This document shows positions 11,985-21,670 of a stretch of 64,000 bases of DNA, piece by piece. Location of the stretch: assembly GCA_902774685.1 (NCBI GenBank), contig CACYJH010000004.1, forward strand, positions 3,025 to 67,024, written 5' to 3'. Positions within the stretch are counted from its first letter, which is position 1. Every line of letters starts with the position of its first letter. The position numbers and the translations under genes are program-made. The DNA is from an uncultured Methanobrevibacter sp. (lineage in GTDB: Archaea > Methanobacteriota > Methanobacteria > Methanobacteriales > Methanobacteriaceae). The notes beneath the pieces were generated by a model. It worked only from the letters and a program-made list of their open reading frames with translations. It searched no databases and was not told the origin of the DNA.

Positions 11985-12863
11985 TTACTTATAAATCATT
12001 GTTCCGATGCCTTCTTTTGTAAAGATTTCAAGAAGCAATGTGTGTTTGATTCTTCCATCCAAGATATGTGCTGATTTTACTCCATTGTTTAAAGCTTCAA
12101 CACATGTTTCAATCTTAGGAATCATACCTCCAGTAATGACTCCTTCTTCAATTAATGAAGGAATTTCATCAATGTGAATTCTTTGAATTAAAGTGGAAGG
12201 GTCTTCTGGGTCTCTTAAGACACCTGGAACATCAGTCAATATGATTAATTTTTCTGCATCCATCTCACCTGCAATTGCACCAGCTACAGTGTCTGCATTA
12301 AGATTTAAGGTAGTACCATCTTCAGCTATTCCAATAGGTGAAACAACAGGTATGAAATCGTTTTCAGTATACAATTCAAGAATTTCAGGATTGATTTTCT
12401 TGATTTCACCTACTAAACCTAAATCTATCTCTTCAATTTCACCTGTTTCCTCATCTTTTATCTTATGGATTTTTTTGCATGCTTGGATTAATTTATTGTC
12501 TTTACCGGACAATCCAACACCGTTTCCTTCATGGAAGCAGATTTGAGAAACAATGTCTGTATTGATTTGACCAACAAGAACCATCTTTACAATAGCCATG
12601 GTCTCTTCATCAGTTACTCTTAATCCTTTGATGAATTTAGGGTCTTTTCCTAATTTTTTCATGGATCTGGTGATTTCCGGACCTCCACCATGAACTACTA
12701 TTGGCTGCATTCCAACATATTTTAAAAGCACAGTATCACGTGCTGTAGAAGCCATAGCCTCTTCATCCACCATAGCATGGCCTCCGTACTTAATCATGAC
12801 CTTTTTATTATAAAATTGTTTAATGTAAGGTAGTGCCTCTACCAAAATATTTACTCTTTCCAT
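11985..12863 (-). CDS. argB: acetylglutamate kinase
   Basis: [28 protein letters not shown] and GGMIPK motifs. Confidence 0.96.
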   Translation of the reverse strand: MERVNILVEALPYIKQFYNKKVMIKYGGHAMVDEEAMASTARDTVLLKYVGMQPIVVHGGGPEITRSMKKLGKDPKFIKGLRVTDEETMAIVKMVLVGQINTDIVSQICFHEGNGVGLSGKDNKLIQACKKIHKIKDEETGEIEEIDLGLVGEIKKINPEILELYTENDFIPVVSPIGIAEDGTTLNLNADTVAGAIAGEMDAEKLIILTDVPGVLRDPEDPSTLIQRIHIDEIPSLIEEGVITGGMIPKIETCVEALNNGVKSAHILDGRIKHTLLLEIFTKEGIGTMIYK

Positions 12864-12880
12864 TGTATCACATAAATAAA

Positions 12881-12912
12881 TTAATTTGATTAGATTTTAA
12901 TTTGATTAGATT
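12881..12912. repeat. 16-bp tandem duplication upstream of argB
   Basis: TTAATTTGATTAGATT x2. Confidence 0.8.
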
Positions 12913-13336
12913 TTTTAAAATCCTTAAACAAAACTTCTTAATTAAATATCAATAGATAATTTTGTTTATAATACTATATAAAATATGAGTATTTTTATGA
13001 GTTTTAAAGAATTTCATGATGATTATAAAATTAAAATTAGCTCAAAAAATTAAAATTAATCTGTTAAATTCCAAATAAAGCATAAATTATAATTAAAATG
13101 TAAAATAAAAGTTAAAAAAACCTTAAATTTAAATATAAGCAACTCAAAATTAAGAATTAACTTAATTTTAGAAGCAAATTAATTTAAATTAAAAATAAAC
13201 TATTTTCAATAAATAGTTTACGAAAATAAAGATTTATACATAGTTAACTATTTGTTAAATTAAGAAAAACATTTTTCTAATTGATTTGAATTAAATTTTG
13301 CTTAAAACTAAGTTAATAAAAATAGGAGTTCAAAAT

Positions 13337-14374
13337 ATGTTAAAGATAAATAAAAGCATTTTAATTATATGTATTGTGTCTTTATTTTTGATTATCGGAC
13401 AAATAAGTGCCAGTGACACCGATTTGATAGAAATAAATGAATCTGATACAATAGATAATCAAATAGATAAACTAATTGATAATCAAATAGATGATTTAAA
13501 GGAGTTGAAAGATTCCGATTCAATTGATGATAGTAGAGATGAAGAGATTATAGAAAAAATTGAAAAACAGACAAAGGAAAAGTCAGAAATCGTCATGTCC
13601 AATGATGATTACAGTTGCGGTGCGGCCTCATTTGCCATTGCATTAAAAAATATGGGACTGAATATCAGTTTAGATGAAGCCAAAATGGCAGCTAATACAA
13701 CCATAAATGGTACAAGCATGAAAGGACTTGTTGATGCTGCAGCAAAATACAATTTAACCGCATATGGAGTTTATGCAGATAGTTCCAATCTAAAGGAAAA
13801 CTTCATAGTCCATATGAATATCAATGGTGCAGAGCATTGGTCCGTGATTAAGGAAATAAGCAAGGATAGCATTACTTTAGCAGATCCGAGCTTGGGATGT
13901 ATTGAATATGATTTAGGAAAGTTTAATGAATTCTACACCAACAATTCTCTGATAATTTTAAATAAATCAAAAGCAAGCAGTTTGGATATGTCCCAATATA
14001 CAATTATAGATAATGATAGGCTCAATTGCATTTCTGGAAAGGGATATGCTTACTATTATTCTAAAAAAATAAGCTACATCCACAACAAGGTCAAGCCAGG
14101 ATATGCATTTCTAGTTAAGATCATTGTTCCGAAGTGGGGAGGAAACACTGTCAGAGTAATTACAAAAAAGATAACAAGCCATAAGATATGCTGCAATGTC
14201 TACTATAAAATTACTTATTTTAAAAAAGCGAAATATAAGGGTAAAAGCACAATCATCAATTATCCATGCATTTTTAATTTAAGTATGAAAAAGGGAAAGA
14301 CTGTTTCAGTTAATTTGCCTACTCCAGGAATAAGAAGTTTCAGATTTTATCATACAGTATGCAAATTCCCTTAA
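13337..14374 (+). CDS. secreted C39-family cysteine peptidase with a basic C-terminal domain
   Basis: AGGAG SD before ATG 13337; signal peptide; YSCGAAS, GTSMKGL, HWSV and LADPS motifs. Confidence 0.8.
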   Translation: MLKINKSILIICIVSLFLIIGQISASDTDLIEINESDTIDNQIDKLIDNQIDDLKELKDSDSIDDSRDEEIIEKIEKQTKEKSEIVMSNDDYSCGAASFAIALKNMGLNISLDEAKMAANTTINGTSMKGLVDAAAKYNLTAYGVYADSSNLKENFIVHMNINGAEHWSVIKEISKDSITLADPSLGCIEYDLGKFNEFYTNNSLIILNKSKASSLDMSQYTIIDNDRLNCISGKGYAYYYSKKISYIHNKVKPGYAFLVKIIVPKWGGNTVRVITKKITSHKICCNVYYKITYFKKAKYKGKSTIINYPCIFNLSMKKGKTVSVNLPTPGIRSFRFYHTVCKFP

Positions 14375-14425
14375 ATAGAAAAATAATATTATTTATGATT
14401 TGATTAAAGGATAAATTAATAATTT

Positions 14426-14689
14426 TTGGTGATGAAAATGATTGAAATGAAGAAATTATTGATAATACTTTTAGCAATTATCTGTATCCTAATAGCTTTA
14501 GGAGCGTATTTGAATTCAAACAGTCCTAATGATACTAATATACCTCCTGAGGACACTATTACTGTAAACGATTCCATTACAGATATTGCTAACCCAGATG
14601 AGAATGGAACAGTTTGGCTTGAAGAAAATGGAACATTGACAGAAGCAAAAGTTACAGAATCAACAGGCAATGGCTCTGCTTCAAGTTAA
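14426..14689 (+). CDS. small membrane-anchored acidic protein
   Basis: N-terminal TM helix; directly downstream of the C39 gene; true start may be a later ATG. Confidence 0.6.
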   Translation: MVMKMIEMKKLLIILLAIICILIALGAYLNSNSPNDTNIPPEDTITVNDSITDIANPDENGTVWLEENGTLTEAKVTESTGNGSASS

Positions 14690-14698
14690 ATTAAAATG

Positions 14699-14764
14699 AA
14701 ACTAAAAAAAGTAAATTAAACTAAAAAAAGTAAATTAAACTAAAAAAAGTAAATTAAACTAAAA
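14699..14764. repeat. 19-bp tandem repeat, about 3.4 copies, between convergent genes
   Basis: AACTAAAAAAAGTAAATTA repeated. Confidence 0.85.
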
Positions 14765-14840
14765 TAAAAAAAGAAAAAAAGAAGAATGAAAAATTAAAAA
14801 TTAAAAAAAATAAAGAAGAAATAAATTCTTCTAAAAGTTA

Positions 14841-16466
14841 TTATTTTCTACGTCTTAAAGACACAGCTGAACCTAATATCACAGAACCAATAAGCAATAA
14901 GACTACTGGATTTCCTGCTGCAGGAATAGCCTTTTTAACCTTTTCAGTTATTGTGGAATCCTTTGGTTCCTTAGGATTGGAATCAGTTCCATTTGTATCA
15001 GTGTCATTTGAATCTGAACTTGGTTCATCTGGCTCTGGAGTGGAATCGTCATCGTCCTCTGGCTCATCAAGTTGAGTAACAGTAACTTGTATAGTGGTGT
15101 TGGAAGGATTATAATAATCATTTCCTTCATACTCAATAGTAGCTTCTGTACTTTCTGATGGTAATTCTACACCTTCAAAAGTGGCTTTTCCATTCTTCAC
15201 ATCAGCAGTGTACTCTTTGCCATTGATTTTTAAGACAGCAGTACCGTTTTGGACAGGGTCGCCATTTTGATCTGTGATGTCTGCAGTAATGTCGACCTTT
15301 TCTCCAACGGTACCTGAAACATCATCACTTTCAGTAGTGGTGTTTAATGGCAATACATGCACTTCAGATTCACCTTCTGAAGCAAGATAAGCATTTCTTC
15401 CTTCTGAAGAGTCAGGATCGTCATAACCAGTATATTCCACTTTAGAAGGATAATCTCCTGGAGCACCAAGAGTGATATCCTTAAATTCCGCTTTTCCATC
15501 CTTCACATCCGCAGTGTAAGTTTCTGCATCGTTAGTGCCATAATCTATTGTTAAAGTAGCAGTTCCACCATTTAAAGGGTTTCCGAATGCATCTTCAACA
15601 TTTGCAGTAATATCCACAACATTACCTGTATAATCAGTTACTTCCTCAGGAGTGACAACGGTTTTGATGTCATAAATTGCATTTACTGTGATATTTAACT
15701 CTATTCCATCAAATTCACTTGCTTTTACAGTGAGAGTGTCACCAGGATTGAATTTTTCACCAGTGTCTTCTCTTTCCCAGTATTTGAATACGACCTTATC
15801 TTCAGGATAGTCTGCAGGAACCTTAAAGGTATGCTTATATGCAGTATTATGGTCAGTATAATTCATACTGCCGCCACCGTTACCGAAGTTGTCATTGTAT
15901 GTTACACGTAAAGTTCCAAGAGGAGTGTGTGTATATTTTGCATAATAATGCACTTCAAAATCTTCTCCAGTAGCTACAAGGGTTTGGGTTCCGGTAATTT
16001 TGTTTCCATCTGCATCTTCCCAATGGTCAAATACCCAATGTTCATTGTCATATTTAAAATCACTGTATTTCTTATTAGCAACTTGGTTGTTGAATTTAGC
16101 CATACCAATTCCCCAAGTTGAGCTAATTACATTACTGATACTGTCAGTCACTTCCCCATCACTAGACATTTTATGGAAAATAACTGTGATTTTACTGCTG
16201 CCAGCACCTAACTTATTTTTGGTATTGGCAGACTTTTCATCTGCTATATCATCAGGGGCATCTGTATCCACTTCTGACAATGCAGCATCATCTGAAAGAT
16301 CTTCAGATAACTTCACATCATCTGTAATTGTATCTTCAGATAACTTTAAATCATTTTGAGTGTCACTGATTACACCATCGCTTTCTGCAGCAGTGATTGC
16401 ATAAACAGAAAGGAATAATACAATAACCAATGACAATAATAAAAATTTAGTTTTTAAATTATCCAT
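14841..16466 (-). CDS. adhesin-like protein with Ig-like repeats and a C-terminal sorting-like signal
   Basis: Signal peptide; two Ig-like repeats (YTADVK.GKA.F); acidic Pro-rich linker; IPAAGNP + TM + RRRK tail. Confidence 0.85.
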   Translation of the reverse strand: MDNLKTKFLLLSLVIVLFLSVYAITAAESDGVISDTQNDLKLSEDTITDDVKLSEDLSDDAALSEVDTDAPDDIADEKSANTKNKLGAGSSKITVIFHKMSSDGEVTDSISNVISSTWGIGMAKFNNQVANKKYSDFKYDNEHWVFDHWEDADGNKITGTQTLVATGEDFEVHYYAKYTHTPLGTLRVTYNDNFGNGGGSMNYTDHNTAYKHTFKVPADYPEDKVVFKYWEREDTGEKFNPGDTLTVKASEFDGIELNITVNAIYDIKTVVTPEEVTDYTGNVVDITANVEDAFGNPLNGGTATLTIDYGTNDAETYTADVKDGKAEFKDITLGAPGDYPSKVEYTGYDDPDSSEGRNAYLASEGESEVHVLPLNTTTESDDVSGTVGEKVDITADITDQNGDPVQNGTAVLKINGKEYTADVKNGKATFEGVELPSESTEATIEYEGNDYYNPSNTTIQVTVTQLDEPEDDDDSTPEPDEPSSDSNDTDTNGTDSNPKEPKDSTITEKVKKAIPAAGNPVVLLLIGSVILGSAVSLRRRK

Positions 16467-16961
16467 TTAATTCACCGTTTTAAATTTTTATATCATGAAT
16501 TATCCAAATAAAATTTATTTTTTAAATGCTCTTAATTTGATATGTAGCCATATTAGAAAAAATCATGCTTTAATTCCTAAAATTCTTCATTGACTTTAGT
16601 TGAAAAATTAACTTAACAGAATCAATCAAAAATCAGCCAGCAACAGACTAATGATGATATATACAATCAATTAATCAATTAAATCAGCTAGCAAACAGAC
16701 TAATAACGATAAACAACCCATAATTTTATCTAATAATAAAATTTTACCATATTCTTAAAACATAAAATGTTTAGTTACTAAAACTAAACCCCACTACATA
16801 CATTACTAAATATATCTTTCTTATATATAAATGTAATGTAAAAATAGACAATTATAGAAATTATTGTAAGATGTTAAAAAAAAACTTAGAAATAGTAAAA
16901 CAAAATTATCAGGATAAAATGTTAAAAAAATAAAAAAAGTAAAAAGATCAGATAAAAAGCA

Positions 16962-17828
16962 TTATAAACTTAATTTATCTATTACATGAATAAACTGATT
17001 AGCTTCAGTTTCTAAACTATGGTCCGGATTTCCACGCATTTCAAATACAATAGCTGGAACTCCACCATCATCTATAGGAATTGTAGAGTACTGTGGGCTT
17101 GAATAGCTCGCAGGCTCATAATAAATAACATAACTTAATGCATTTGTCACATTATTTGCTGCTTCATAAGCTACAGTATCATTTGAACGTGGTGCAAATA
17201 TATAAGGGTCCTGCACATATCCACCATTAGAAGCATGGATGTCAATAGCCAAATCATATTTATTTTTCAAAATATCATCGACTACAAATTCCTGAGCAAG
17301 CAATTGACCATTCATTCTGCTTTCTTCAAAATCATTACTTTCAGCGCTTACATTAATTCTGTAAACATAATAGGAATAATTCAAGCTATCAGAACTGTTT
17401 AAGAGATCATTGTAGATCGCATCATGAGCATTGGATTCCCTTGGATGCTGGCCTAAAATATATGCAACCTTAACTGAGGAATTTTCATTGCCATAAGGAC
17501 CTTCACGGGTTACGGTTCCTATGCTGTTTTTACCTATTTTCTTGACTTGCTTTTGCAAGGCAGAGTCAGCATTTCCAGAATCTGTGAAATTAACCAAATC
17601 AGTTAAATTATCCAACTCAGACATATTATTTGGCAAATACTTTAATGCATCATTTAAAATAGGATAATCAGCTGAAGCCTCATCTAAAAGACTGTTCTCA
17701 TTAGTCAGATGATCATAAAAAAGAATAGATCCTTCTGCTAAAACAACAATTAGAATGATTAAAAAATAGAGTAATTTTTTAGAAGGTTTTCTTGATTTTT
17801 TCTTATGTTTATCGTCCTCATTAGCCAT
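16962..17828 (-). CDS. membrane-anchored protein with a Zn-peptidase/deacylase-like (M14-like) domain
   Basis: N-terminal TM; GQHPRE (HxxE), IDIHA and late VFE. Confidence 0.55.
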   Translation of the reverse strand: MANEDDKHKKKSRKPSKKLLYFLIILIVVLAEGSILFYDHLTNENSLLDEASADYPILNDALKYLPNNMSELDNLTDLVNFTDSGNADSALQKQVKKIGKNSIGTVTREGPYGNENSSVKVAYILGQHPRESNAHDAIYNDLLNSSDSLNYSYYVYRINVSAESNDFEESRMNGQLLAQEFVVDDILKNKYDLAIDIHASNGGYVQDPYIFAPRSNDTVAYEAANNVTNALSYVIYYEPASYSSPQYSTIPIDDGGVPAIVFEMRGNPDHSLETEANQFIHVIDKLSL

Positions 17829-17989
17829 AAAAACACCAAAAAATAATTAGTTTAATTTAAAAAATCTTAAAACCCAATAAAAATATTTTCGGAACGTATT
17901 CCAATGTAATATATAATAAAATTCATTAAATTTGTAAATATAACTTTTAATAGAAAATTTAAAGATAGGAAATAATCAAATTGGAAAAA

Positions 17990-18094
17990 TTATTTTTTCC
18001 AAGTTTGTCTTACTCCTCTTCCTTTCTTACTACCAGGCTTTTTGTAAGATCTTTTAGGTCTGGTTCTTTTGTTAGTACCTTTAACTTTTGCCAT
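17990..18094 (-). CDS. 34-aa very basic small protein (absent from the ORF track)
   Basis: AGGAGG SD then MAKVKGTNKRTRPKRSYKKPGSKKGRGVRQTWKK. Confidence 0.7.
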   Translation of the reverse strand: MAKVKGTNKRTRPKRSYKKPGSKKGRGVRQTWKK

Positions 18095-18371
18095 TAATAA
18101 TCCTCCTTTAATTTTTAAAAAAATATTATTCATCAGATTAATCTTAAATAATATCTGGAAAACAATAAATTAGAAATGACCATATTTTATTAAAATATGC
18201 CATAATTCTTTATAAAAATAGCTTTAATAATAAAACCTAATAAAATATTTATTTTTAATACATATAAAGTTTTTCCCTAAATAAAGTTTACATAGAAAAA
18301 TATGTAATTAATACTATAAAAAACTATCAAAAAAAGCAGCACAAAAAGACTATAAAAAACATTTAACTTTT

Positions 18372-19544
18372 TTATAAATAACTATTTAAATTAGAACGAT
18401 AGGATCTAAACTTGCCTAAGGAATCCCTAATCTGATCTTTAGTATTAATATACTCATAAGTAGACTCACTTTGACTCAACATATCCTTATACTTATTTGC
18501 CTCCAGACCTATACGTTCAGTATTAAACAACTTTTGAGAATCATAAGCCCTCTTTTTATTAATAGCTGGATTGAAACTATCCAATGCTATACCTGTTTCA
18601 TCATAAGGATACATCCCTATTATAGCATCAATATCAGAGAATTTATAATGACCATAATCCTCACTATTAAACAGTCTAATATTTAAATCGTTACTAGCCC
18701 TTTCCTTCATTTTTTTCACAACATCAGGATGCATTCTAGGTTTGATATGAGAATCCCCCATCACATCAAAACCATAATTATAAACAGCAATATCATTACC
18801 TTTAATGATAGAAGATCCCTTGGTAACCTTACCTCTTTGAGTATTGCAAGAGTACAGGAAAGATTCTTTGGAAATATCCAATTCTAAAATCTTCGTAATC
18901 ATCGCCCTTATGTGAACCTCAAAATTTTTATGAATTCTTCCTTGGAAATCAAAAGCAAAAGAGGTAATGTCATTTTCATGATAAAAATCAACTAGAAATC
19001 CCACCAATGAAGAGGGCATTGTACCCGGAATAACTCCAAGAATAGGTTTATTATTCAATCTGTTAATAGAATCAATACATTTTTGCATAAACTCCATAAA
19101 CAACATAAAATCACTTATACCCTCATCACCTTTGAATAAACCTTGAACCAAAGGCAATGGAGTTATATCTGAATAAACATAAGAAATGTTAGTTATGAAA
19201 TCAATTTCATTATTTTCTGGCAATCTTAAATCAGGAAGCTGAAGGAAACATATATTGACTTCCTTCTTTTTATCAGTTTTATTTAAAGGAGTGTTAATGC
19301 TTTTATAAATATTGCTCTCATCTTTTCCCCCAGTGCAGTATTTTTTAATATCCTCTATTTTCATTGTTTTGAATATTTCATTTACCCCTTTAACACTATC
19401 TTTAATAGGGACATCCTTTCTTAAGCTAGGCATATTAACTGCTTTTATAGGAGTTCTTAAAGTTTTATTATTTATTCTTAATTTTTCAGAGCGTATGAAT
19501 AAATCTTCATCTATTTCTTGATGAGATACTTGTACTTTAGGCAT
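18372..19544 (-). CDS. tRNA-guanine transglycosylase (TGT)-like TIM-barrel protein
   Basis: N-terminal R...L.I..K.L.TP, GFDVMGDS resembling the TGT G.D.FD motif, late LFN..RI..E helix; no Zn-finger cysteines. Fold is inferred. Confidence 0.5.
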   Translation of the reverse strand: MPKVQVSHQEIDEDLFIRSEKLRINNKTLRTPIKAVNMPSLRKDVPIKDSVKGVNEIFKTMKIEDIKKYCTGGKDESNIYKSINTPLNKTDKKKEVNICFLQLPDLRLPENNEIDFITNISYVYSDITPLPLVQGLFKGDEGISDFMLFMEFMQKCIDSINRLNNKPILGVIPGTMPSSLVGFLVDFYHENDITSFAFDFQGRIHKNFEVHIRAMITKILELDISKESFLYSCNTQRGKVTKGSSIIKGNDIAVYNYGFDVMGDSHIKPRMHPDVVKKMKERASNDLNIRLFNSEDYGHYKFSDIDAIIGMYPYDETGIALDSFNPAINKKRAYDSQKLFNTERIGLEANKYKDMLSQSESTYEYINTKDQIRDSLGKFRSYRSNLNSYL

Positions 19545-20043
19545 TTAACTCCTCCAAAATTCTATCTGAAATTCTGAACTGTGATTCCTTAATCCTTTTA
19601 ACAACTTCATTAGGGTTCTGAAGCATTCCTTTTTGTTTAAGAAGCAACAATAACCCTATGGATCCTTTAACATTTAAGCCTAATTCGAAAGCAATCTTTC
19701 TAGCTCCTTTATCATCAAGGACACAATAATAATCTAATGATTGTTCCTTATATTCTAAAGCTAGACTCATGATACTTTTCTCACCTTTTCCCAAAAAGAA
19801 ATACCTGTTTTTAAATAAGCTATTAATGTCAGAATCTTTTTTAATAATTATTCCTTCATCGATTAATTTTTCCAAATTATAATTTTCATTGAATATAGAA
19901 TGATTTCTTTTAATATTATACTCCTCTTCAACTTGTGGAGTGATAATCATTATTTCTCCAGTTTCAGAAAATGTTATGATAAATTCATATTCTGGAATAT
20001 ATTCTAAAAATAATATTATGCTTGAAGTATCCATTAATTTCAT
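19537..20043 (-). CDS. PIN-domain (DUF3368/VapC-like) ribonuclease
   Basis: MDTSSII, VEEE, LGKGE.S..LALE, VLDDKGARKIA..LGL.V.GS.GLL. Confidence 0.85.
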   Translation of the reverse strand: MKLMDTSSIILFLEYIPEYEFIITFSETGEIMIITPQVEEEYNIKRNHSIFNENYNLEKLIDEGIIIKKDSDINSLFKNRYFFLGKGEKSIMSLALEYKEQSLDYYCVLDDKGARKIAFELGLNVKGSIGLLLLLKQKGMLQNPNEVVKRIKESQFRISDRILEELNA

Positions 20044-20657
20044 ATTAATAACTCCACTTTTATATTTTTAGACTTTAACAAATCCATGAATTGGGCATAA
20101 TTTAATCCAGATATTTCCACAGCTTTTTCTAGACTAACTTTATTCTTCCTGTATAATCCTAATGCGAGTTTTTCACGTTTTGCCCATATTTTATCCTTGA
20201 CTAATGATTCCTCTGTCATTTCTGGGAAAGAGAAATATGTTAGTGCCAATAATTCATCATTAGTTATTCCTCTACATAACTCTTTCATTTCAGCGATTAA
20301 TTCAAAATCAAGATCTAATTTTTCTTGTTCTAAGAATTTTTTCCCATATTCTCCTATACTGTATATTGTATAATTGTCTTGACTCCTATGTTTTGCAGTG
20401 ATTAACTTCATTTGGCTCATGTCATCTAAGTACCCTATAACTACATCACTGCTTGGGCCATAATTGTCTGCTTCAAATTCAAATATTTTATATAATGAGG
20501 GAATATTTAGAGATATGAAAAATAATTCTTTCATTAAACGGGTTTTTCCATTGATAGGTTCTTGATCATTATCGTATAAAAGTGATAATAAATACTGTTT
20601 TCCCAAATCATTTTTTAAATCATCAAATAATTTTTCCAAAATCCATTTTGGCACCAT
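20040..20657 (-). CDS. antitoxin-like fusion: SocA/Panacea (DUF4065)-like wHTH plus C-terminal UPF0175-like HTH
   Basis: KTRLMKELFF...FEADNYGPSS; C-terminal ALGLYRKNKVSLEKAVEISGL....FMDLL; ATGA overlap with the PIN gene. Confidence 0.7.
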   Translation of the reverse strand: MVPKWILEKLFDDLKNDLGKQYLLSLLYDNDQEPINGKTRLMKELFFISLNIPSLYKIFEFEADNYGPSSDVVIGYLDDMSQMKLITAKHRSQDNYTIYSIGEYGKKFLEQEKLDLDFELIAEMKELCRGITNDELLALTYFSFPEMTEESLVKDKIWAKREKLALGLYRKNKVSLEKAVEISGLNYAQFMDLLKSKNIKVELLI

Positions 20658-20945
20658 ATTATTTTCCCTCCTTAAATTTTTTTAATAATGTAATACAATT
20701 AATGTTTTACAGATATATAAATATTATGAATTTGAAATATTATAAACTTGTTGATTATTTTAAATTCAACAGTTAAAAATAGTTTTTATAGAGAGCATTT
20801 GAAGAATAATAAATGGTAAAAATAGAAAAAAATATTAAAAATTTCTAACAATTTTGTCTAACAATGTATTATATTTTTTGAAAACTAGCATATACAATTA
20901 AAAACCCAAACAGTCAAAACATATACGAACAAAAAGTTCATAGAT

Positions 20946-20980
20946 AAAAAAAGTAACCATCTGAAAAACCAGATAGTTAC
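20946..20980 (-). terminator. hairpin plus U-tract
   Basis: Minus strand GTAACTATCTG-GTTTTT-CAGATGGTTAC-TTTTTTT. Confidence 0.65.
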
Positions 20981-21037
20981 AATATAGTTAACATGGAGGA
21001 AGATTTGACTCTTCTAAACGCTCCCTGTTCAACATTA

Positions 21038-21127
21038 TCACAATCTATACTCCATGTTTAAAAGGCCAAAAACACTCCATATAATATAAATAAATAACAA
21101 AGGGATTAAATCAATTTTATTAATCAT
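21038..21127 (-). CDS. 29-aa hydrophobic peptide, candidate type I toxin
   Basis: GGGGAG SD then MINKIDLIPLLFIYIIWSVFGLLNMEYRL; SD can pair with upstream GATATCACCCAA. Confidence 0.45.
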   Translation of the reverse strand: MINKIDLIPLLFIYIIWSVFGLLNMEYRL

Positions 21128-21371
21128 GATACCACTCCCCAAATATTTTATTTTTAAGTAATGAAGTATTAATTGGGTGATATCTATGCTGAGACAGATC
21201 TCCACGAAAAATACTGAAAAGAACATAAAAATTTTGAAAAAATCAAAGCATTAAAATTTAATAATTTATACAATTATTATACAAATTTATAATATATAAA
21301 AGTATCGAAAATTTAAATAGAAAAAATAGTATAATATTTGAGAGCATTTTTGAAAAGAAAAAAAGAAAAAA

Positions 21372-21605
21372 TTAAAGTTTAGATTCGTCAATAGGAATAG
21401 GATTATTAGGAGTTCCAAAAAGATCTGGAAGCGCCCCAATCCTAATACATTTTTCTTTCCATTCAAAATATTTTTCAGGATCTTCCTGCCATAACTTTTT
21501 AACATAAGCTTTTTGTTCTTCAGTACTTTTATTTTTCATACGGCGAATTTTTGCAGTGTTTCCCCATTCACCATAACCTGTACTTTCACGCCATAAATAA
21601 GTCAT
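21372..21605 (-). CDS. small protein, candidate immunity protein for the second MuF toxin
   Basis: 77 aa, directly downstream of MuF-2; role inferred from position only. Confidence 0.5.
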   Translation of the reverse strand: MTYLWRESTGYGEWGNTAKIRRMKNKSTEEQKAYVKKLWQEDPEKYFEWKEKCIRIGALPDLFGTPNNPIPIDESKL

Positions 21606-21670
21606 AAAAAAAACTCCATCATAATATTAAGATTAAATAAAATAAAATTATAATTATATTTTAGTAGAAT

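Noticed and set aside
14699-14764. 19-bp repeats as a CRISPR array
   Set aside because: Contiguous tandem copies with no spacers and no cas genes
18372-19544. Housekeeping archaeosine TGT (tgtA)
   Set aside because: Lacks the DSGG motif, Zn-binding cysteines and PUA domain; it sits in a TA-like operon
18100-21370. attL/attR of the provirus
   Set aside because: No tRNA or recognisable core repeat; the other end and the integrase lie outside the window
21287-21505. 72-aa alternative-frame ORF
   Set aside because: Overlaps the better-supported 77-aa ORF and runs into low-complexity T-rich sequence
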